DNA of 64,000 nucleotides, taken from positions 1 through 64,000 of the forward strand of contig JAZSKX010000015.1 of assembly GCA_045535075.1 (NCBI GenBank), read 5' to 3'. Below, piece after piece: positions 56,532-64,000 of the stretch (position 1 is its first letter; each line of letters opens with the position of its first letter). Below the pieces are notes generated by a model. The model worked only from the letters and a program-made list of their open reading frames with translations. It had not been told where the DNA came from and made no database searches. The position numbers were made by a program, and so were the translations under genes. This DNA is from Candidatus Spyradenecus sp. (lineage in GTDB: Bacteria > Verrucomicrobiota > Verrucomicrobiia > Opitutales > UBA953).

Positions 56532-58655
56532 CTAGCGCTTTGCTTTTTTGCCGGCGAAGATTTTTTTGGCGAGCCAAGGCGGAAGTTTGCGCTTGGCGGA
56601 GGAAGCGGATTTTTTCTTCTTGGGGTGCGGAGCGCGAATTTGCTCCATAAAATCTTCCTCTTCCCGTGTGAGCACACCGGGATCTCGCGGAACGGAAATA
56701 CCTGCAAATGCCGAGGCTTTGCGTGTTGTGCGCGTTCCCGCCGGCTTTTCCGGCGGAGGAGTTTGCCATTCCATTTCAAAGTTCTCACAACCGCGCATGA
56801 CGCGTGATCCGAACGCCGTCAGTTTACAAAGCGGATATTCGCCGGAATTTTCGATTGCCAACAATTTTTCCCGCGTGAGCGCGTCCATTATCGCGGCAAT
56901 GAATTCGCGTTTCTCTCCGCGAAGAATTCCGTAGGTCGAAAGTTTGTCGTGCCCGAGCCGAAGCGTTTCGGCGTTGCGGGAACCGACAAGGCAATCAATG
57001 ACACGTTGTTTCCCGAAAATCGCCTGCCAGTCGTCCTGTCCGTTTTTGCGGGACAGTCGGGCGACGGCGCTGAGGATTTTTTTGACGAAGATGAGCTCCT
57101 CGGCATCCGGGCGGCGACGCGTTCCCGTGGCGCGGGCGCGGCAGACGTCGCATTGCCCGCAGGGAACGGCGGCTTCGCTGTCTCCGAAATAATTTAAAAT
57201 GGCTTCTTGCCGGCAAGTGTTCCCGTAGGCGAGGCTGACGACGGCTTCGAGCTTTTTTTCGTCTCGGCGTTGCTTTTCCGAAAGTCCTTCCCATGGGATT
57301 TTGAGTTGCGCGGCGGGAACGTCGGGTTGGAGCAGGCGCGTGCCGCGAATGCGCAATCCGGGAATGTCGAACCGTTCGATAATTCCGTAGCGTGCGAGCA
57401 TTCCGACGGCAGTTGAAATTGCCATCGGGTTAATTTTTTCCCCGCTGCGGCGCAGGATTTCTTCGCAGAGCGCGTCCATTGAAATTTTGACTTCGTTCCC
57501 GTTGTCGGCGAGTTTGCGAAGCATTTCGTAAACGGCGGAGATGATGATGCGCCCGGGATTGGCGCCTTCGATGAAGAAATCCTGCACGCGTTTATCCGAG
57601 AAATTGAAAAGCATTTCGCAATGGCCGGGTGCGCCGTCTCTTCCCGCGCGTCCGGCCTCCTGATAATAGGCTTCGATGCTTCCGGGCATTTCATAGTGGA
57701 CGACGAAGCGAATGTCCGAGCGGTCGATGCCCATGCCGAATGCGTTGGTGGCGACGGCGACATCGGCGGCGTTGGACATAAATTTTTCTTGGGCGGCGGA
57801 GCGCTCGTCGTCGCTCATCCCGCCGTGATACATAACGAGATTGACCTTTTGCGATGCAAGATCGTCGGCGACGCGTTCGACGCTTTTTCGCGTGGCGCAA
57901 TAAATAATCCCCGTGCGGTGAGCGGTGATGATTTTGAGAATTTCGCGAAGTTTGTTCAGGTGAAGCGAGCTGCGACCTTCGTTCCCGCGTCGCGCGCTGA
58001 TGCTGCTTTCGATGTGGCGGATATTGAAGGAAAGATTCGGGCGGGCGAATCCGGCGATGAACTCTGCGGGAGCGCGCAGGCGCAGAGATTTTTGAATGTC
58101 TTCCCGCACGTCGGGCGTTGCCGTTGCGGTGAACGCGGCGACAATCGGGCGTTTTTTAAAGAGTTTTAACGCCGAATCGAGGCGCAGATAATCCGGGCGG
58201 AAGTCGTGTCCCCATTGCGAAAGGCAGTGGGCTTCGTCAACGGCGAAGAGCGAGACGTCGAGCTCTGAAATGGTGCGGACGAAACGCTCGGCGCGAAAAC
58301 GTTCCGGCGCGATGTAAACGAGCTTGAGTTCGCCGGCGCGCATGGCGTCGAAGACGGCGTTTTGCTCGGCGAGGGTTTGCATTCCGTTGAGGCTGGCGGC
58401 GGCGATTCCGCGGGAACGCAGTGCATCAACCTGATCTTTCATCAGAGCGATGAGCGGCGAGACGACGATCGTCAGATGCGGAAGCATGAGCGCGGGAAGC
58501 TGGTAGCAAATTGATTTCCCGCCGCCCGTCGGCATGATGACAAGCGTGTCCTTTCCCTGAAGGATTGCGGAAACGATACGATCTTGGGGCTCGCGAAATT
58601 TTTCGAACCCGAAGTGTTTTTTGAGGACGGTTTCCGGCAAATCCATAATCGGCAA
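56532..58655 (-). CDS. recQ: ATP-dependent DNA helicase RecQ
   Basis: MPTGGGKSICYQ, DEAHCLSQWGHDFRP, YYQEAGRAGRDG, CGQCDVC, RQC domain. Confidence 0.95.
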   Translation of the reverse strand: MPIMDLPETVLKKHFGFEKFREPQDRIVSAILQGKDTLVIMPTGGGKSICYQLPALMLPHLTIVVSPLIALMKDQVDALRSRGIAAASLNGMQTLAEQNAVFDAMRAGELKLVYIAPERFRAERFVRTISELDVSLFAVDEAHCLSQWGHDFRPDYLRLDSALKLFKKRPIVAAFTATATPDVREDIQKSLRLRAPAEFIAGFARPNLSFNIRHIESSISARRGNEGRSSLHLNKLREILKIITAHRTGIIYCATRKSVERVADDLASQKVNLVMYHGGMSDDERSAAQEKFMSNAADVAVATNAFGMGIDRSDIRFVVHYEMPGSIEAYYQEAGRAGRDGAPGHCEMLFNFSDKRVQDFFIEGANPGRIIISAVYEMLRKLADNGNEVKISMDALCEEILRRSGEKINPMAISTAVGMLARYGIIERFDIPGLRIRGTRLLQPDVPAAQLKIPWEGLSEKQRRDEKKLEAVVSLAYGNTCRQEAILNYFGDSEAAVPCGQCDVCRARATGTRRRPDAEELIFVKKILSAVARLSRKNGQDDWQAIFGKQRVIDCLVGSRNAETLRLGHDKLSTYGILRGEKREFIAAIMDALTREKLLAIENSGEYPLCKLTAFGSRVMRGCENFEMEWQTPPPEKPAGTRTTRKASAFAGISVPRDPGVLTREEEDFMEQIRAPHPKKKKSASSAKRKLPPWLAKKIFAGKKAKR

Positions 58656-58789
58656 AGCCTAGCGGCGTTTGCGCCTGCGTTAAAGAAAAATGAAGCCGAT
58701 TCCGTGGCAATCGCGGGAACGCCTTTTGAGCGTCAGTATTGTTTTCCCGCGCTTGCAATTCGATGTGAAAAGTTTTGGAATTTGGGTTA

Positions 58790-60427
58790 ATGAAATTCGA
58801 CATCATCGTTATCGGAAGCGGGATTGCGGGTTTGAGTTTTGCAATCAAATCGGCGGCGGGCGGTTTGCGTGTCGCCGTTGTTACCAAAAAGGCTTCCTCC
58901 GAATCGAATACCAATCACGCTCAGGGCGGAATCGCCTGTGTTTACGACCAAGCGGACGATTTTGAAAATCATGTACGTGATACTTTGATTGCCGGCGACG
59001 GTTTATGTGACGAAGCGGCGACGCGTGCGATTGTGAGCGCCGCGCCGGAGCGTATTCGGGAACTGATTGAAATCGGGGTAAAGTTTTCCCGCGGGAACGA
59101 CGGCGGGTATGATTTGACGCGGGAAGGCGGACATTCGTTCCGACGCATTCTCCACGCGGACGATCTGACGGGAAAGGCGATTGAAGACGCGTTGTTATCC
59201 GTTGCCGGGAACAATCCCAACATCCGCTTCTTTGAGTATCATATGGCGCTTGACCTCATTACGGCGGCGCGCCTGCCGGGATCGAAAATCGCGACGAATT
59301 CTCCCGAAAATCGAGTGCTAGGCGCTTACGTGCTTGAAGTCGGCACCGGAAAGGTGAAAACGTTTCGTGCGGATGCCGTTGTGCTCGCTTCCGGCGGGAT
59401 CGGGCAAGTTTACCAGTACACGACGAATCCGGACATCGCGACGGGCGACGGTATTGCGATGGCGTATCGCGCGGGAGCGCTTGTTCGAAACATGGAATTT
59501 GTCCAGTTTCACCCGACGGCCCTCTACGCGCCGGACGGTTCCCGCGAGTTGATTTCGGAGTCTGTTCGCGGCGAGGGCGCGATTTTGCGCGATATTTCCG
59601 GGCGCGCGTTTATGAAGGATTACGACGAACGCGGAGACTTGGCGCCACGCGACATTGTGGCGCGTGCGATTGATTCCGAAATGAAAAAATCCGGAGCTCC
59701 GCACGTTTGGTTAGACATCACGCATAAGCCGGCGGACTACCTGCGGGAACGTTTCCCGCATATTTACAAAACCTGCCTCGCGCACGGAATCGATATGGCA
59801 AAAGACCGCATTCCGGTTGTTCCCGCGGCTCATTATCTCTGCGGCGGCGTGAAAACGAATATGCGCGCGGAAACGAATTTGCGCGGGCTTTATGCTTGCG
59901 GCGAAACGGCGGGAACGGGGCTTCACGGCGCCAATCGACTGGCCTCGAATTCCCTTTTGGAGGCCGTAGTCCTAGCGCACAACGGCGCGCATGCCGCTTG
60001 CGAATATTTACGAAAATGCGAAAAAGGAAACACGATTGACGTGCCCGAATGGCAGGACGGAAGCGTGTCCGATTCCGACGAACGCGTTATTCTTTCGCAC
60101 AATTGGAGCGAATTACGCCACACGATGTGGGATTACGTTGGCATTGTCCGCACAACGAAACGTCTTCACCGGGCACTGCGCCGCGTCCAAATGTTGAAGA
60201 AGGAAATCAACGAATATTATTGGGACTTTAAGGTCGAGGCGCGCCTGCTTGAGTTGCGGAATTTGGTTCAGGTTGCCGAAATTATTATTCTTTGTGCGCT
60301 TCAGCGGCATGAGTCGCGAGGCTTGCATTGCACGCGCGATTATCCGAACAAGTCTGACGAAATTTACGACTCGACGGCGTTGCATCCGGATTTGCAGCCG
60401 GGCGAACGCGCCGGGAATAAGTTGTAG
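58790..60427 (+). CDS. nadB: L-aspartate oxidase
   Basis: GSGIAGL, AQGGIA, REGGHS, QFHPT, GLHGANRLASNSLLE, ESRGLH. Confidence 0.95.
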   Translation: MKFDIIVIGSGIAGLSFAIKSAAGGLRVAVVTKKASSESNTNHAQGGIACVYDQADDFENHVRDTLIAGDGLCDEAATRAIVSAAPERIRELIEIGVKFSRGNDGGYDLTREGGHSFRRILHADDLTGKAIEDALLSVAGNNPNIRFFEYHMALDLITAARLPGSKIATNSPENRVLGAYVLEVGTGKVKTFRADAVVLASGGIGQVYQYTTNPDIATGDGIAMAYRAGALVRNMEFVQFHPTALYAPDGSRELISESVRGEGAILRDISGRAFMKDYDERGDLAPRDIVARAIDSEMKKSGAPHVWLDITHKPADYLRERFPHIYKTCLAHGIDMAKDRIPVVPAAHYLCGGVKTNMRAETNLRGLYACGETAGTGLHGANRLASNSLLEAVVLAHNGAHAACEYLRKCEKGNTIDVPEWQDGSVSDSDERVILSHNWSELRHTMWDYVGIVRTTKRLHRALRRVQMLKKEINEYYWDFKVEARLLELRNLVQVAEIIILCALQRHESRGLHCTRDYPNKSDEIYDSTALHPDLQPGERAGNKL

Positions 60428-60517
60428 CTTGTCCGTAAAGGCTTTTTCGGTTAGAAATAATCCGAAAGCGGCGTTCCCGCAGTTCGTATCTCCAAGCAAA
60501 ATTACTTTTATAAATCT

Positions 60518-61618
60518 ATGAACGCATCTCTGATTGCTAAGCAATTCGACGTCGCCGGGCGCCTCGTCGCAGTTGAACCTTTCGGTTCCGGCAACATTAA
60601 CGACACTTATCGAGTCATCTTCCGGACGACATTTTCCGAAGTTCGATTTATCCTCCAACGCGTGCGCCGCAACGTGTTCCCGCATCCGGAATACATTATG
60701 GAAAATATGCGCAGAGTTACGGATGTCTGCCACGAAAAGCTGGAGGAAATCAATGAATTTTCGGATCGTATTTGGCAGATGCCGAAGATTATTCCGACTC
60801 GGGAAGGAAAAGATTTTTACATCGACGGCTCCGGCGATTTGTGGCGCGCGATTTCGAATATCGCGTCTGCAGTTTCTTATGAAAAAGTGCAGAGCCCGGA
60901 TCACGCATTCGAGGCGGGAACCGTGCTCGGGTGTTTCCAAAATCTTATCAGCGATATCCCTTGCGAGGAGCTTAAGTACGTTATTGAAAATTTCCACATT
61001 ACGCCGAGCTATCTTGAACAACTGGACGCTGCGCTGAAAACGCCGCTCGCACAGGAATTGCTGGCTCATTCCCGCGAAGCCCGCAACTGCCTCCGCCTAA
61101 TCGAAGAACGCCGCGATTTCTGTCACACGTTTGAAAACGCAAAAAAATCCGGAGAATTGAAACTGCGCCCGACGCACGGCGACCCGAAGGTCGCAAATAT
61201 CCTTATCGATACGGCAACGGGCAAGGGAATCTGTATCGTCGATTTGGATACAATTCAGCCCGGTCTTGTTCATGCCGATATCGGCGACGCCGTGCGCTCC
61301 GCCTGTAACCCTGCCGGCGAAGATGCCATGGATTTACATTCCGTTTTCTTTGACACGGATCTTTTTTCCGCATTCTATCGCGGATACATGCGCCATGCGA
61401 AAAAGTTCTTCACCGAGGCGGATTATAAATATCTTTTCGATTCCGTGCGCATCCTGCCGCTCGAACTCGGATTGCGGTTCTTCGCCGACTATCTTGCCGG
61501 AGACGTCTATTTCAAAACGCGTTACAAAGAACACAATCTCAAGCGTGCGCTCGTTCAATTAAAGCTCATGGAAAGCATCGAGTCCCGCGAGTCGCAGATT
61601 CGCAAGGTTATCGGTTAA
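60518..61618 (+). CDS. APH-family phosphotransferase (N-acetylhexosamine-kinase-like)
   Basis: GSGNINDTY, ILQR, HGDPKVANIL, VDLDT, DIGDAVR, GLRFFADYL. Confidence 0.8.
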   Translation: MNASLIAKQFDVAGRLVAVEPFGSGNINDTYRVIFRTTFSEVRFILQRVRRNVFPHPEYIMENMRRVTDVCHEKLEEINEFSDRIWQMPKIIPTREGKDFYIDGSGDLWRAISNIASAVSYEKVQSPDHAFEAGTVLGCFQNLISDIPCEELKYVIENFHITPSYLEQLDAALKTPLAQELLAHSREARNCLRLIEERRDFCHTFENAKKSGELKLRPTHGDPKVANILIDTATGKGICIVDLDTIQPGLVHADIGDAVRSACNPAGEDAMDLHSVFFDTDLFSAFYRGYMRHAKKFFTEADYKYLFDSVRILPLELGLRFFADYLAGDVYFKTRYKEHNLKRALVQLKLMESIESRESQIRKVIG

Positions 61619-61631
61619 TCGTTCCCGCAAC

Positions 61632-62498
61632 ATGCTGTTGCTTGCCGAAAACACGACTTCAAATTCACCCGCGAGTTATTGGCTTGCGGGTGTTTTTGCA
61701 CTCGTGTTTTTGGCGATTTTGTTTGTGAACTCCTGGCGCGGCTATTGGCGAGGTCCGATTCGCAGCGTTGCGCCGCTTGTCGCTTTCGCCTTCGCGGGAA
61801 CGCTTGCATGGCTTTTCGGCGCAGATTTGGGATTCGCGTTTCTCGGAAAATTCGGCATTCCGTGGGTATTGCGCGGGATTTTCGGCGTGTTAATCACGGG
61901 AATGCTTGTTTGGCTTCCTGTGTTCAGCCTGCTTTGGATGTGGGGAAAAAAGGATGTTTCCGAGAAAACCGGAGAACCGGAATCGCCGGTGCTCGGAGCG
62001 TGCGTCGGATGCTGGGCCGGATTTTTCTGGATCGGGGTTTGCGTGTTGGTGCTGACTTCCGTAGGCGCACTCGGCGAAGCGCTTTTGTCCGCTTCCCGCA
62101 ATAGAAAACAGGGAGCGTGGACGGCGATTTGCCGCGGTGCGGCATGCGCGCGCGGCTCCGTCGGGCTACTTCCCGGATTTTCTTTTGCCGCGAGCTGGAA
62201 TCCGCTTCCCGAAAGCGTGGTGCGCAAAATCGATAAATTATCTGCTGTCCTTTCCGATAGAAACTCCGCCAAAAAATTCATTTATACCGCAGAAGTACAG
62301 TCCGTCCTTTCGCTGCCCGCCGTTTATCCGATTGTAAATTCTCCGAGAATCCAGCAAATGCTTGACGCTCACGATGTTGACGGGATTCTTTCCGATCCCG
62401 AAATCAGCAAAATGCTCGACGACGAAGACTTCCGCCAAGCTTTGTCCGAAATCGATTTTGAGCGCCTTTTAGACCAAATCTTGGAGGCAAAACCGTAG
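61632..62498 (+). CDS. CvpA-like membrane protein
   Basis: Four TM segments, WRGYWRGPIR, LGACVG. Confidence 0.55.
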   Translation: MLLLAENTTSNSPASYWLAGVFALVFLAILFVNSWRGYWRGPIRSVAPLVAFAFAGTLAWLFGADLGFAFLGKFGIPWVLRGIFGVLITGMLVWLPVFSLLWMWGKKDVSEKTGEPESPVLGACVGCWAGFFWIGVCVLVLTSVGALGEALLSASRNRKQGAWTAICRGAACARGSVGLLPGFSFAASWNPLPESVVRKIDKLSAVLSDRNSAKKFIYTAEVQSVLSLPAVYPIVNSPRIQQMLDAHDVDGILSDPEISKMLDDEDFRQALSEIDFERLLDQILEAKP

Positions 62499-62554
62499 AA
62501 ACGGCTTTTCCGAATATCCGCTTCAGCAAAAGCAGGTGCGCTAAATCAAAGAAG

Positions 62555-62594
62555 TTGCGGGAGAAACCTTATTCGATTTCTCCCGCAGTTTTTT
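62555..62594. terminator. Terminator between convergent genes
   Basis: tgcgggagaaa/tttctcccgca stem followed by Ts. Confidence 0.75.
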
Positions 62595-62619
62595 GGGATG
62601 TAGGTTATGTCAGATGTCT

Positions 62620-63999
62620 TTATTCACCTCTGCTTTTGAGCATCGGATCGGCTAAGATTTTTGTTAGCTTGGGCGAGGGTATATTCCAGAAGCGCTGAAT
62701 CGGCTTGCGTCCGTCTTTGTCCTTCGCGTAGACACTTGCTCCCGCGTTGAGCAGGGCGATAACGCAGGCTTCGTCTTCTTTCTCTGCCGCAAGATGCAAC
62801 GGCGTATCATCATGCTTGTTTTGCACGTTCACGGGAACGCCGCGCTTGACGATTTCGGGAATCATATCCGCTCTCCCCGCCAAAACCGCGCGATGCAAAA
62901 TCGAGTTTCCGAGAGCATCTTCGGGAACGTCCGTAAGACTGTTAATTCGCGGGAACATCTTTTTGAGCAAGTCAAAATCGTTGAGTTCGCAGACGTGAAA
63001 CAGAGCCAATTTTTTATCTGCGCCGTAGTTCAGGAGCAATTTTTCGAACTCAGGCTTGTCCCACAAATACGCGCAAACGAGGGCAGGGTGGTTTGTCTCG
63101 TTCGCACGCGCATTCACGTCGACTCCGTAATCCAGAAGGGCTTTTGCCGCTTCGACGAAGATTTCCGGTTTTTTAAATTCTCCGATACAGTGCTTTTTAT
63201 ACCAGTTCGGATCGACATCCCGCGGGTGCGGCGGATTGGCAATGAGTTCTTCCACGGGAACATCTTTGAAGAAGTCTGAAGCAAAAAAGCGTTCGAGCAA
63301 AGCCTGTTCTTCCTTCTGGCGGCCGATGCGCGCTTCCAGCTCTTCTATTGCTTTGTCGAAATCGTTTATTTCGGGGTTGAATTCCGGATTTTTTACCCAT
63401 TCGTCCAATTTCGCTTTGTATTCGACAAGGACCGGACGAATTTTTTCGATAAGCGCTTTTTTTGTCGCAGCTTGCGCCTTTATGCGAGCGGCCCAGGTTT
63501 CTTTCCATTGCTCGGCGAGTTCTCCTTCCAAAGGAGCTTCTTCGTAAAGTTCAAAGATTCTGGCGTTCAATTCGCGCTTAGGAGCATTCCATCCTTCGAT
63601 GCGTGAGTTGATTTCCGCGACTAGTTTTTCGCCGTTTGATGCAAGCTCAATCGCGCCGAGATAACGCCCGATTTGAGAGCCTTGCCGTTCGCCTTCCGCG
63701 CGTGCGGATTCCGTTTCCGCTTCCGTGAGATTTTCCCGCACAACAATCGAGCCGCCGCCGGCTCCGAGGCTCAGGAAACCGTCGTCGCCCGAAATTCCGA
63801 TGCCCATGCGCGCGGAAGACCAGTTGACTTTGCGTGTGTTTTTTTCTTTAGCGACAATCAAGTCCGAAACCGCCTCAATGCCTTGCTTTGCTGCTTCTGC
63901 GACTTCTCTGTCTTTAAGATAGAGGGTGAAGAGATATTCCTGCGGGACCGGTAAATCCAGCGTTTGAATCTGCTTTTTGAAGATTTCGTCGCTACGTCC
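62620..63999 (-). CDS. Ankyrin-repeat protein with coiled coil, 5'-partial
   Basis: The frame stays open to the window end; GNSILHRAV, DTPLHLAA, LLNAGASVYAKDKDGRKP. Confidence 0.85.
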   Translation of the reverse strand, partial: GRSDEIFKKQIQTLDLPVPQEYLFTLYLKDREVAEAAKQGIEAVSDLIVAKEKNTRKVNWSSARMGIGISGDDGFLSLGAGGGSIVVRENLTEAETESARAEGERQGSQIGRYLGAIELASNGEKLVAEINSRIEGWNAPKRELNARIFELYEEAPLEGELAEQWKETWAARIKAQAATKKALIEKIRPVLVEYKAKLDEWVKNPEFNPEINDFDKAIEELEARIGRQKEEQALLERFFASDFFKDVPVEELIANPPHPRDVDPNWYKKHCIGEFKKPEIFVEAAKALLDYGVDVNARANETNHPALVCAYLWDKPEFEKLLLNYGADKKLALFHVCELNDFDLLKKMFPRINSLTDVPEDALGNSILHRAVLAGRADMIPEIVKRGVPVNVQNKHDDTPLHLAAEKEDEACVIALLNAGASVYAKDKDGRKPIQRFWNIPSPKLTKILADPMLKSRGE

Positions 64000-64000
64000 G

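Noticed and set aside
1484..63261. CGGGAAC/GTTCCCG copies as CRISPR repeats (they resemble the ends of type I-E repeats)
   Set aside because: Copies are only 7-10 nt, irregularly spaced, mostly inside CDSs; no repeat-spacer periodicity and no cas genes.

Overview
A 64-kb chromosomal window that is mostly housekeeping genes. The gene content (PEP-CTERM protein, Akkermansia Amuc_1098-1102-like pilus cluster, GH84, long-form IspG and PurA) points to a host-associated Verrucomicrobiota, probably Opitutales; this is an inference. Left to right it holds: the end of an RHS toxin/immunity locus; menC-like; fabH-bamD-lptE; a five-gene type IV pilus-like/secretin cluster; two paralogous internally duplicated unknown genes; GH84; tatA-dsbD-lpxR-tsaB; rpmH-rnpA-(yidD/nadD fusion)-rsfS-infC; tkt; tRNA-Gln and tRNA-Thr; sppA-SMUG1-ispG; ppdK fused to a histone-H1-like tail; a TerC-HAD fusion; a CAT-anticodon tRNA; oleC-like-aroG; purA; an AT-rich defence islet (NlaIV/NgoBV-type RM, OLD-like ATPase-TOPRIM, decayed HpaII-like and RhuM genes); prmB; recQ; nadB; and an ankyrin gene running off the right edge. 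The strongest unexplained signal is a non-palindromic motif, (G/A)CGGGAACG. Its 7-mer core occurs roughly 170-180 times by manual tally, on both strands, inside CDSs and as inverted pairs forming terminator stems, and it is absent from the foreign RM cassette. These are the hallmarks of a DNA-uptake-sequence-like signal. Other notable items are a dispersed ~120-bp structured repeat, a poly-G tract inside a promoter spacer, C-rich gene ends pointing into the variable loci, and several unusual gene fusions. All family assignments come from motif recognition, not from database searches.
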